Shown: one piece after another, positions 43,647 to 53,960 of the stretch
Layout of the letters: each line of letters begins with the position of its first letter
How positions within the stretch are numbered: position 1 is the first letter of the stretch
Assembly: GCA_034521815.1 (NCBI GenBank)
Contig: JAXHLW010000013.1
Location: 160,001-224,000 of the forward strand
DNA from: Trueperaceae bacterium
GTDB lineage: Bacteria; Deinococcota; Deinococci; Deinococcales; Trueperaceae
Direction of reading: 5' to 3'
Length of the DNA: 64,000 bases
Notes under the pieces: model-generated
The model's input: only the letters and a program-made list of their open reading frames with translations
The model's database searches: none
Told to the model about the DNA's origin: nothing
Translations under genes and position numbers: made by a program

Positions 43647-44726
43647 GTGACCCACGTCCGAAACGAAACGCATCCCCTGCGAGCCGGGATCATCGGCACC
43701 GGAGGCATCTCCGGTGCGCACGCCAAGGCCTACCGAACCGCGGGCGCGGCGCTGGTCGCCGTGGCCGACCTGGACCTGGGCGCCGCGAAGCGCCGCGCCG
43801 AGGCGTGGAACGTTCCCCACGCCTACGGCGACGCGGCCCGCATGCTGGCAGAGGCGAACCTCGACGTCGTCAGCATCTGCACGCCGGTGTCGTCCCACCA
43901 TCCCCTGGTCCTGGCCGCCGCCGACGCGGGCGTTCACGTGCTGTGCGAAAAGCCGATCGCGCTGGACCTGAACCAGGCTCAGGAGATGATCGACGCCTGC
44001 CGCGATGCCGGCGTGGTGCTGCAGATCGGCCATCAGCTGCGCAGCGCCGGCGCCGTCGCGCACGCCAAGGGCATGATCGCGTCCGGCGCGATCGGCGACA
44101 TCTCGTTCATTCGTCTGCGGCAGGCGCACGACTGGGGCGGCGCGCTCGAGGTGCGCCCCAGCTTCGCGACGCACGCCTCGGGCGGAGGCGGCACGCTGCT
44201 GGACAACGGCTGTCACCTGATGGACTTGGCGCGCTTCTTCGCCGGCGACGCCGAGGAGGTGTACGCCCGGGTCGCCACGCGGCGCTGGCCGATCGAGCTC
44301 GAGGACACCGCCGTGGTCTCGGTCCGCTTCGCCTCGGGCGCCATCGGATCGATCGAGACCGGCTGGAGCGCCACCGGCTGGGAGGAAGGGTTCTGGATCT
44401 ACGGCACCACCGGATCGCTGGAGTGGACCAATCGGCATCAGGAGCCCGTCCTGCGCCACGCGTTCCGCGACTCGCCCGGCACGACCTGGGCCGACACGGA
44501 CGTCGCCCGTCTGGAGTTCGCCGGCGACACGGCCCACACGCGCCAGATCCGGGCGTTCCTGCAGGCCGTCGCAGGGGAGGGCCAGGTGCCGTGCACCGGC
44601 CAGGACGGGATGGAAGCGGTCCGATTCGTGCTGGCGGCGTACGACAGCGCCAGCAAGAACCTGCCCGTCCGCCTGGGCGAGGAGGCTGCGACGCTGGAGC
44701 GAGCGTACGAGGCTGTGGCCGACTGA
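43647..44726 (+). CDS. Gfo/Idh/MocA family oxidoreductase
   Basis: GIIGTGGI, LCEKP, GGGTLLDNGCH. Confidence 0.9.
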   Translation: MTHVRNETHPLRAGIIGTGGISGAHAKAYRTAGAALVAVADLDLGAAKRRAEAWNVPHAYGDAARMLAEANLDVVSICTPVSSHHPLVLAAADAGVHVLCEKPIALDLNQAQEMIDACRDAGVVLQIGHQLRSAGAVAHAKGMIASGAIGDISFIRLRQAHDWGGALEVRPSFATHASGGGGTLLDNGCHLMDLARFFAGDAEEVYARVATRRWPIELEDTAVVSVRFASGAIGSIETGWSATGWEEGFWIYGTTGSLEWTNRHQEPVLRHAFRDSPGTTWADTDVARLEFAGDTAHTRQIRAFLQAVAGEGQVPCTGQDGMEAVRFVLAAYDSASKNLPVRLGEEAATLERAYEAVAD

Positions 44727-44738
44727 AGGAGCGCTAGC

Positions 44739-45077
44739 TCAGCGGTCGTCTCCGGAGCCGTGGATGGCGCCCCGGGCCGCGCGGTCCGCGAGCTTCGCGA
44801 CGTTTCGCTCCGCGACCTCCTCCAGCGACGAGCCCAGATCCACCGCCACGCTGGCGACGTACCAGAGCACGTCGCCGAGCTCCGCGACGAGTCCTTCGCG
44901 CACCGCCTCGGGCAGGGGCTCGCCCGGCGTCCAGCCGCGGTCGCGCATCGCCTTGCCGACCTTCTCCGCCACCTCGCCGGCCTCGCCGGACAGCTTGAGG
45001 ACGGGGTAGAGGAGCTTCGCTTCGGTCGGGTAGCGGGCGGTGGCGCGGGCGGCGTTCTGGTACTCGGTCAGGGTCAT
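44739..45077 (-). CDS. MazG-like nucleoside triphosphate pyrophosphohydrolase
   Basis: EYQ, GEAGEVAEK, ELGDVLWY, NVAKL, GSGDDR. Confidence 0.9.
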   Translation of the reverse strand: MTLTEYQNAARATARYPTEAKLLYPVLKLSGEAGEVAEKVGKAMRDRGWTPGEPLPEAVREGLVAELGDVLWYVASVAVDLGSSLEEVAERNVAKLADRAARGAIHGSGDDR

Positions 45078-45162
45078 GCCGGATGCTACCCGCCGTCGGT
45101 CCCAGCGGTTGCGACGGGCCGCGGGGCCGTGGTAGTCTCTTCGTCGCCCATAAGGGCCTCGG

Positions 45163-45234
45163 TCGGCGGTAGCTCAGTGGTAGAGCGATCGGCTGTTAAC
45201 CGATTGGTCGTAGGTTCGAATCCTACCCGCCGAG
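45163..45234 (+). tRNA. tRNA-Asn (anticodon GTT); integration site; CCA not encoded as written
   Basis: TCGGCGG/CCGCCGA acceptor stem, ATCGG-CTGTTAA-CCGAT anticodon arm, GGTTCGAATCC. Confidence 0.95.
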
Positions 45235-45254
45235 CGCAACGCGTCAGACGACGA

Positions 45255-45284
45255 AGAATCGTCCGCATTCGTGCGGGCGATTCT
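45255..45284 (+). terminator. Hairpin downstream of tRNA-Asn (supplied by the element)
   Basis: AGAATCGTCCGCA-TTCG-TGCGGGCGATTCT. Confidence 0.6.
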
Positions 45285-45290
45285 CTTCCG

Positions 45291-45311
45291 AGGGTGCCAA
45301 TAGGGTGCCAA
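45291..45311 (+). repeat. Tandem AGGGTGCCAA x2, candidate integrase arm-type sites
   Basis: Direct repeat with 11-bp period ~55 bp inside the left att. Confidence 0.5.
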
Positions 45312-45979
45312 ACGCACGTATTCCGCACCGGCGACGGGTTGTGCGGCCACGGCAGGAGCGGCGGCACGAGACCGCCGCATGAGTTGGAAACGGAGACATA
45401 TTCAAAGGTCTTCCATGGCAGTGGTCCTCGCGGCGACGCCGATGGTTGCGTTCGGCCAGGGCGTCGCCCTTGACAATGAGGCATTGGACTGGATTCGTCG
45501 AAGTACGTAGGTTCGACAATCGAGTTGGGCGGCTTGTCGGAGACGTTTTGACCGCGGTGAGGAGCGAGCCCGGGGCGAGATCACGGCGTCGGACCCTCGA
45601 TTTTAAGCACCATCCGAGACTTGCGATTCGACTCTTCTCGAATTGCAAGGAAACGTACTTCGACGAGTTTCGGGCGGCACCGGTCGACAAGTTCGATCGC
45701 GATCCGCTGCAACTGGAACGAGGCGATTTGGAAGGCGACAGAAGTGGATTCGAGTCCTGTCGAGGGAAACGTCGAGGTCCTACGCGCCTTCAGAGATGGC
45801 ATGTCTTACGGCGAAATCATGGATGGAAGAGCCCCTTCCGGGCGGTAGGGGACTTGGTGGGCTGCCCGCAACGACGATCTTGAGGTGCTCGCTTGGACAC
45901 GTCGGTCGCCGTAATTGAGGGCTGCGTCGTCATTGCCACGATGAGCGCCTGATACCGAGAGGCTCGGCAGTCACTTAGT

Positions 45980-47128
45980 TCAAGGTTTAGCTCGGGCTCG
46001 GCTCCGCCGGGCTTGCCGGTAGAGGATCGCGTCGACTTGTCGGCCGCCTCGCGCTGCATACCAGGCATGACGTGCGAGTACGTGTCGAGCGTGACCTTGA
46101 TGCTCGAGTGGCCGAGCCGCTCCGCAACCACCTTCGGATGCACGCCCGCCTGCAAGCAGAGGGCGTCGCGTGCGTGTGCCGAAGGTCGTCGAAGCGAATC
46201 TCGTCCGACAGGCCGGCGCGCCGAAGGGCGGGCTCGAACGCGTCCGACGACGATGCCGCGTCGTGCACAGGCTCGCCGTCGATCCCGCAGAACACGAGGT
46301 CGAACGGCCCGAGCTCGCGTTGCGCGTCGAGGTGCTTGGAGAGGACGCGGACAAGGCCGTGGGGAGAGGCACCGTCCGACGGCTGCTGGCCGTCTTCGGC
46401 TCGTTGAACTCCCACGCGCCGATTGACCGCACCGCACCCGCTGGTTGACGGTCAATGATCCCGCGCCGAGGTCGACGTCCTGCCAGCGCAGCCCGAGAGC
46501 TTCGATGGCCGGAGGCCCGTGCCGACCATGACGTTGAACAGCGGCCACCACTTCGACCGCTCCGCGGCTCGTAGGAACGCGTCGACCTCGACGCGACTCG
46601 AGGGCGCGCATCTTGCGGGTGCTTGGCGCTTTCGGCACGTCGACGAACTCGGCGGGGTTCTGCGCGATGAGTTGCCACCGGACCGCCTGTGAGAGGGCGT
46701 TCTTGAGGATCATGTGGACGTACCGGACGCTTTTCGTCACGCCGGCGTCCTGCATCTTCGGGTAGACGGCCTGAATGGCGACGGGCGCGAGTCTGCTAGA
46801 GTTTCACAGCGCCGATGTGGGGCCGCACGTACCGCTTGAGGGTGCGGGCGTACTCCTGTGCGTCCCGGGTTGCACGCGGGGCTGCACGGCCGTCTCAAGC
46901 CACGTGTCGAGGTACTCGTCGAGGGATTGCTTGGAAGCCTCGACGCAGGACGCCGATGTCGCGTTCGCGCAACAGGGATCGCAGGGCCTGCTGAGCATCC
47001 TTCTTGTTGCCGCGAATCATGCGGCTGGCGCACTTCCGTCGGCCGGAAGCGTCCCGGCCGAGGAAGACGCGGACGAGGAAGCGGCGCTCGCCACGCTCGA
47101 CGATTTGTCCGTCGCTGCGGAGACTCAC
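45980..47128 (-). CDS. Tyrosine integrase, ICEBs1/phage type (multiple apparent frameshifts)
   Basis: Arm-binding-like N-terminus (GQIVERG..RFLVRV), LKNALSQAVRWQLI..NPA, EALGLRWQDVD, PKTASSRR, DLRHTHAT, GVHPKVVAERLGHSSIKVTLDTYSHV, spread across several frames. Confidence 0.88.
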
Positions 47129-47157
47129 GAGCGGACCCTAGTGGCAACAGATACGAG

Positions 47158-48131
47158 TCACCATTGCTCGACCTGTTCCTTGATCTTGATTCGGTCGCGC
47201 CACTTCGCGTAGGTCTGCGTCGTCGCCAGGTTCGAGTGCCTCAAGTGCTGCTGCGCGGCCTCCAAGCCAAGGTCGGCGGCTGTGCGGGTGCCGCAGTAGT
47301 GCCGGAGGGCGTGGACGCCCTTCCCCTTGCCGAGCAGGGCCTTGTACGCGACGCGGCGGACGCGTTCGTACGCTCGTTGCGTCGTGCCGAACGTGAAGAC
47401 GCGCTCAGCGGCGGGGTCTCGCACGGAGTGCCTCGAGCGCCGCCACAGTGGAGTGGCTCAAGTCGACGGTGCCTTCCTTCCCACCCTTGCCAGCGCGAAT
47501 GCGGACCGTGCCGGCGTCGAGGTCCACGTCGCGCCACTCCAGCGCGACGATCTCACTGCACGCGAAGGCCGGCGTGCGCGCCGAGGAGGATGATGGCGGT
47601 GTCCGTCTCGTCCGCCTTCGCGAGCATCCGCACGACCTCGTCGTGCGTGTAGGGTTGCCGCTTGTCCCACGCGGCGGTGGGGTCTGCGGGAAGCTCGACG
47701 TCCTCGAACGGTCGAGCGGTCGTCGCGCTGGTCCACCGGAGGGCGCGGTAGAGGGCGCGTGCTGCCGCGATCTTCAAGCGGATGGTGCCGGGTTTGTAGA
47801 ACGCCTCGCCGCTCGCGCTCTTGCGGTCCGCGAGGGCGGCGACGTAAAGGTCGGCTGCGTTGCGGGAGGGCCGTAGGAGGTTCTCGCCCTGCCAAGCCTC
47901 TAGGAGGTCGAGGACGCCCCTACGGTAGTTGCGGAGGGTGTGCCTGCTGGTGCGCGTCCCGGCACGTGTCTTCGTCGCCATGTGGGCCTCCACGAGGCTC
48001 CACAGCTCGTCGGGGTCGCGTTCGTTCGCTGCGGTTGCGGCGCGGCGCTTGAGCTCCTCGTCGCTGAGGGTGGCCCAGCCTCGAGCGCGGAGGGCGAGGG
48101 TGCCACCGGCCTTCTGAATCGCGTTGGTCAT
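47158..48131 (-). CDS. Second tyrosine recombinase, Deinococcus-type (apparent frameshifts)
   Basis: SRHTLRNYRRGV, AAARALYRALRW, LGAHAGLRV, GKGGK, HALRHYCGT, HLRHSNLATTQTYAK. Confidence 0.88.
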
Positions 48132-48518
48132 GCTTCGGCCCCCTTCCGGGTGACGCACATGGCAGACCGCTCAGGCCATGCGAAAGGGCCTGACCAGCTC
48201 GGCGAAGGCGAGCAGCATGTCGGGGTCGGTTCCGCCGGGAACACGAAGTCAAAGTAGGTACCGTGCATCTCAACGACCGCGTGAGGGCAACCTGGGGGCG
48301 TCACGTCGCGGTACTCGAGCGCGCCGTGTACGACTTGCCTGATGGGTCCGCCCTTCGAACGCGTGAACGGGTCCGCGGCGGCGCGCAGGTCGTCGCGATC
48401 CTCGTGCGAATCCCACGGGACGCGCACGACCAGCTCGAGCCGCGCTTTCGAGTGCGTCCCGCAACGCCTCCAGATGCTCGAGGTTGTCGGGTTCGAGGTG
48501 ATCGGTATGCTTGCTCAT
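48128..48518 (-). CDS. Hypothetical protein upstream of the recombinases (frameshifted)
   Basis: Two overlapping ORF pieces (MSKHTDHLEP... and ...RVPWDSHEDRDDL...). Confidence 0.45.
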
Positions 48519-48608
48519 GAGGGGTTCCGCCTCTCCCGGCGTCGGTTGCTTGGCGGCTCTGGCGCGGGTGTTCTTGCTTCAGGAGGCGGCCTATCCGCCT
48601 TACCTGTG

Positions 48609-48637
48609 ACTATACATGTTGTCGCTACATGTGTCTA
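48609..48637 (-). promoter_or_regulatory. Promoter of the recombinase operon with ACATGT-N7-ACATGT operator
   Basis: TAGACA (48637-48632)-17-TATAGT (48614-48609); ACATGT at 48614-48619 and 48627-48632. Confidence 0.6.
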
Positions 48638-48889
48638 GACGTCTGCCCGACTAGGCAACCAGCACGATCGACGCGAACCCCGACTACTCGTCGCCGAATA
48701 GCGTCTCGAGGGCCTCCGGAACACCTCCGACATGGACACGCTGTCAACGGCGGCCCGGATCTTCAAGCGATGGTGGACGTCTGCAGGAATCATGACGTCC
48801 AGCCTGCCGCCCCTCGCCGGCTTCGAGTTGTTGCCGAAGGCTGCGCGTTCCGTCAGCGTCCTTGCCTGTTTGTCTAGGCACAGCGGCAT
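48635..48889 (-). CDS. Ribbon-helix-helix (ParG/CopG-like) DNA-binding protein
   Basis: RLDVMIPADVHHRLKIRAAVDSVSMSEV. Confidence 0.7.
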   Translation of the reverse strand: MPLCLDKQARTLTERAAFGNNSKPARGGRLDVMIPADVHHRLKIRAAVDSVSMSEVFRRPSRRYSATSSRGSRRSCWLPSRADV

Positions 48890-48916
48890 GATTGCACAGA
48901 GGGTCTGGACACCAGC

Positions 48917-49194
48917 CTACTGATTCTCTGAACACCTCCCGAATACGTTCCGAGCGCGACCGGCATCGACCATCCCCAGGAACGTCCTTTTCGCACAAAC
49001 AACTGCTGGGCCATTGCATCAAGAAGGTCGTCCCCAATGTCGTCGTCAGCGCCGCGGTCTCACAATGTGAATGCCAAACGCTGGCCATCCTGCCAAAGAT
49101 CGTAGTAGCGGTGATCGTGGCGCCCCTTCCGCTTCTTGCACTTGAGCTTCCGCTTTAACTGACGCTCGATCACCTTCTTGCTTCGGACCGCCAC
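48917..49194 (-). CDS. HicA-like toxin (apparent frameshifts; absent from the ORF track)
   Basis: Hand translation: VAVRSKKVIERQLKRKLKCKKRKGRHDHRYYDLWQDGQRLAFT..., then RGADDDIGDDLLDAMAQQLFVRK. Confidence 0.6.
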
Positions 49195-49259
49195 GAGTCA
49201 CGCGAAGTCGCTGCGGTCGCGTGTTCGCGGAACGGCGGAGCGAACTCGCGCCGCTCACA

Positions 49260-49577
49260 CTCCGCGACCGCTGAGTCCGTCGCCTCAGGAGGTTGCGAAG
49301 GCTTGCAAGTTGACGGGCGAGCGCTGGTGCAAGTCGGGCTGCGTCATCCTCCAGGCTCTCGTATGCGTCGAGGAGCGCGGAAACGAGAGACTTTCGCGCT
49401 TCCTCTTCGGTAATGCCCCACCCGTGCAGCGGGACGCCCTCCGGGTCCACAAGGCGGACAAGGACGCCCCGCGGGGCAGTCACTCGCTTGACGGAAACAA
49501 CGACCTCGACACCGCTGGGCAACGTGAGACCGCGGTGCCAGGAATCAAGTGCAGCTGGTCTCAGTTTGCTTACTCAT
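49260..49577 (-). CDS. HicB-like antitoxin (boundaries approximate)
   Basis: LHGWGITEEEARKSLVSALLDAYESL...LARQLASLR; ATG 49577 overlaps the upstream gene end. Confidence 0.6.
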
Positions 49578-49865
49578 CGTTGTCCTCATCCTCGCTTGGG
49601 CCGCCCTTGAGTCGCTGAACAACCTCGTCCGGGAGCACGATTGGCCCAATGTGCCTCTGGTAAGCGCCCACGAAGCGATCGAGCAGAATACTTAGAGAGA
49701 GCGCATGTTGAGGACTCATATGCACGACGGCTTGCGTTTCGACGTCGTCGTCCGGCACCGATACCAAACGCGAGCGTGAAGTCGCACGAACGTCATGCGA
49801 ACATCGACATTGTTGCTGTAGATCACCGGAGCATCATCGGTCGACTTGGTCGGTTCTTCAGCCAT
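49570..49865 (-). CDS. DUF3467-like protein (apparent frameshifts)
   Basis: VIYSNNVDV, DFTLAFG, VVHMSPQHALSLSILL..FVGAYQRHIGPI. Confidence 0.68.
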
Positions 49866-51599
49866 CTAACCCCAATCCACGAGTCTCTGGAACCTCACTA
49901 CTTACCATAGTGCCTCGGCCCCGCACGCCATGTGTGAATCGCGAAACGTGAGCGGTCGGTAAAAAGTCCAATTCTTGGCTGGCAACGCATGACATCACGC
50001 CAGGGGGATGCCCGATGCGTGGCGCTGCGGACGCTGGCCCGCTTGTCACCCTCGAGCATCGACGTCGCGAGACTCGCCGCAAGCACGAGGTCGTCGATGG
50101 TCAGCCTCACGCCACGCGCCGACGTCATTCCCGAACTCGGCGTGGCCGCCGAGGCTGATCTCGACCTTGAAGCCTCGAAACTCCTTGACGAGCACCTCAG
50201 CAAGCGGGAGCTTCGGCGCGATCCTGAGTCGGCCCGCCCTGAAGCGGCGCTACTCGGCAAGGCTCGACGCGAACTCGCGTTTCGGCGTACGCTACAGCAC
50301 GGCGCACCGCGGGGACCGGCTCTCCGGCAATCCCCGCCGGTGAAGACGACTACTCCTCGTCGTCACCTGACCTCCCCACCCTGAAGGCCTGCGCCGTACG
50401 CGTAGGCTGGCCGGAGCAATCTGTGACCGGAGTTGAGCACTCGCCGAAGAAGGCGCCAGTGCGCTGAATGCGCTTCAGTATCTTGCTCGGCGCTCGCGCA
50501 CAGCAACGAGGCGACGGTCACGCACTACACGTTCCGACTCGGCTCGCTAGACCGGCGGCATGTTCGCGGTCAACATTGTTCGAGCAGTCGGCTGGATCAT
50601 CATCGTGCTCGTTGGCATTCCGAGTGCCGTAGCGCTTCTCTGGGTTCTCTCGAAGCCTGGCGCGACCCGTCCGACGCTGGTGTCGGCTTCACGATGATCC
50701 TGGCAATCGTCGCCGTCTTCCTGGTTCTCGGCTGCCAATGGTGCGCTCTCGGTGGCCTGTCGCCGCAGTCGTCGTGGAAACGCTCAAGGCATCCGAAGAA
50801 TCCCTGAGGTCCATTGAAACGAACGCTCGGCGCACATCTTCGAAGTTGGAACATCTAGTCAAGGCCGTCGACCCCGGCGCGGCAAGATATCGATGGCTCG
50901 CACAATGCCGAAGATGCACGGCGGTCCAAGCCAGCCTGACAGGGCCGACCCGGGTTTTGGGACGCGCCACCTTCCCAGCGACCACCCGGTCCGCCGTAGA
51001 CTCGAGGAGGAAACCGAACTGACCGACGCGAAACCACAGCGACGCAACTTGCGCCGAGTTACGTCCCCTGTTCGGTAGACTTCTGACGCTTTGCCTGACT
51101 GCATAGTCTTGGCGGTCAGCGTCCTGAACGTCGGCACAATGCCTTGCGCTCCGCCAGGGCGTGCCGACATTCAACGCGCTGTGCGTGCCCGAGCCGGTAA
51201 GCGTAGTTCCGCCGCGTGCCCGCCGACGCCTCGGCGTTCGCCTCCCGACGACCGGCGCGCACCGGACTGGAGCACCCTGGGGCGCCCTCTTCGGCGGGAC
51301 GCCGGAGACGTATGCGGTCAAGATGGGATGATGGCGCGACCAACTTGGCGGTCTGGCAGAAATCCGCACCGGGTTCGGACAGAGGCGCCTCCGATGATCG
51401 CAAGGGCAACGTCGACGCCAACAATGCGGAGGAGGAGGCCACGGATGAAGAGCTTCTTCACGCCCGAATAGTACGCCTTGCCGCTTCGTCGTCAGGAGGA
51501 TGCGTATCCGTTGCAGCTCCGCGACCAGCTTCTTGCGTGTCGGTCATGTTCTCTACCCTGCTCGCGGTAGGGTCGGGTCATAGCGCTCGAGGCACGGCC

Positions 51600-52437
51600 A
51601 GAGTTCGGCGTCCGTCCACGAGGTCAAGGGACCGTCGGGGTACCGCGCGGGCGCGGCGGGTCTGGCCTCGATCCGGGCCAGGCGCCGGCGTAGCTCCCAC
51701 CAACTGGGCGCCAAGTCCTGACGACAATGACGAGAGAAACCGGCCCGCCGGTGGAAAGGGCGTTCACCTCGGCGTACGTCAGCACCTCGCCGGGCTCGGT
51801 CGGTGCACGCGAAAGCGTCCGCGCCGCCATCGTCCTGTTGCCGAGATGGTGACGACGGGGCCGGCATCGCCAGGGGGTTCGCGCTTCGAGGCGTTTGAGG
51901 CGCGTGGTGAGGGTGCGCGGCATCGTAGATCCTGCCCCCCCGTCCGGCGAGCCTGCCGGGGCTGGCGTCGCACGACATCGGCACGAGGATTCGTAGGTCG
52001 TCGGCCGAGTTCGGGGCGCGCTTCCGCGCTTGCGCGAGGGCGAGGACAAGGCCGGGGTGCTTGCGGCTCGCGAAGGCGATTCGGCGCCCTGAGAGTCCTG
52101 ATACCAGACGGTCACGCTATGGGGTCGGTTCGCGCTTGCCGTTCGAGGACGGCGAGGCGGTGGTCCGCCCGACTCATGCCTTCGCTCGCCGTTTTGCGCG
52201 GCGGCTTCCAGCGCCTCAACGCGTTCGTCCAGTTCGCGCGCCTCGGTGGCCTCAAGGTACGTCTGCACGGTCTGCACGTAACTCGTCGTCAAGCGTGTGA
52301 GGTGTTGCGGATCGACAACTCTCGCCCTTGCGAAGGGGCGTAACCAACGTAGCGCCGAACCATGTCCATCACCTCGCCCAGATCCCGGGCGGAGCTCGTT
52401 CGAGGTCCGGGCGGCCGCGCCTACTACGCGCCGCCAT
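51600..52437 (-). CDS. Cluster of three small element-associated ORFs with RLxxLE/RVEALE motifs (frameshifted)
   Basis: MAARSRRGRP...ELDERVEALEAAA; MSRADHRLAVLERQA; MPRTLTTRLKRLEAR. Confidence 0.45.
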
Positions 52438-52480
52438 CCCGGCCTCCTGTGGCAACGAGAATAGTGCACGGCCAAGCGAG

Positions 52481-53727
52481 GGTGGTCTCAAGTGGTCAAG
52501 GCAACACCCGGAGGTTCTGGCGTAGCATCGCCAGGCTTCAGTGGAGGTTGTCATGGCTTTGCTCGCACCCGTTTCGGGCCGCCGGTTGAGTGTCGATCAG
52601 GTTGAGGAACTCGTGCGTCTCGCTCGCCAAGGGGTCGACTACCGCCAGGTCGCTGAACGCGTCTCTTGCGCCCTGTCCACCGTCTACGCCCTCGTCGGTC
52701 CCGCCATCTTGCAGCGTGAGGACCGTCGCTCGCTCCGGCATCTGTCACTTGCGGACCGCGAGGAGATCCGAGCTGGCGGTCGAACGTGGCGAGTCGCTTC
52801 GCGCCATCGCGCGTCTCCTGAACCGCAGCGTGAGCACCATCAGTCGCGAGATCGAACGTAACGGCGGCAGGGACGCGTACCGGGCGTGGAGGGCGGACGA
52901 ACGGGCCGTGCAGGCTTCACGCCGACCACGCGAGGCGAAGATCGAGGCGAACACCGAGTTGCGTCGCGTGATCGAGGCGAAGCTGCGGAAGCGCTGGTCG
53001 CCGGAGCAGATCGCGCAGCACCTGCGCCGTACCTACCCGCATGATGAGGGCATGCAGGCGAGCCACGAAACGATCTACCAGAGCCTGTTCGTGCAGGCGC
53101 GCGGCTCGCTCCGCAAGGACCTCACCGCGTTCCTTCGGACCCGCAGGACCTCCCGCAAGGCGCGCGGGCGGGTGGAGACGCGGGGAAGGATCACGAACAT
53201 GGTTCACATCCGCGAACGGCCCGCCGAGGCGGAGGATCGCGCGGTGCCGGGGCACTGGGAGGGCGATCTCATTCTCGGTGCGCGGCAACGCTCGCAGATC
53301 GGGACGCTGGTCGAACGCAAGACCCGCTTCGTGATCCTCATGGAGCTTCGCGAGGGACGCGCCACAGAGCAGGTCGTACAAGCGTTGAGTGACCGGATTC
53401 GCTCGCTCCCCGACGCGCTTAGGCGCACCCTGACGTGGGATCAAGGCAAGGAGCTCGCAGCGCACCAGGCGTTCACGATCACGACCGGTGTCCCCGTCTA
53501 CTTCTGCGATCCGCACAGCCCCTGGCAACGCGGCTGCAACGAGAACACCAACGGTCTGTTGCGAGACTACTTCCCGAAACGCACGGACCTCAGCGTCCAC
53601 ACTCAAGCCCATCTCGACGCCGTCGCCGACGAGCTCAACACCCGCCCCCGGGAAACCCTCGACTGGAAGACACCGGCCGAGATGTACGCTCTTGAAGTAG
53701 GTGTTGCGTTCACCGGTTGAGACCACC
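52481..53727 (+). mobile_element. IS30 family insertion sequence (transposase 52553-53720, one frameshift ~52772)
   Basis: Terminal IRs match at 24/28 (GGTGGTCTCAA...); HTH STISREI, WSPEQI, GHWEGD, TWDQGKE, PWQRGCNENTNG. Confidence 0.95.
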
Positions 53728-53960
53728 TGAGGGAAAAGTATGGAAACTGTTTGTCGGACGAGTTTCGTGGCCGCGAAAATTCGGTGTTGCCTGCTCTTTG
53801 ACCAATATCTAATGCATCGGCGACTGCTCGGCGTGCGTGCTGACACTCGTCACAGGCCAGGCTCTTCAGGCGATTGCGGAAACCGTTCCATATGCCGCCG
53901 TGTGGGCCACTCGCTTCTGTCAAAGGCCGCATAAATCGGACGCAACGCTTCGTGGAACTA

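Noticed and set aside
45379-45918. Possible secreted-protein gene just inside the left att (MAVVLAATPMVAFGQG...)
   Set aside because: Broken across frames with no recognisable family; too weak to call.
49900-51550. Several short ORFs, including a membrane-protein-like fragment near 50550-50900
   Set aside because: No consistent frame or family motif could be supported by eye.
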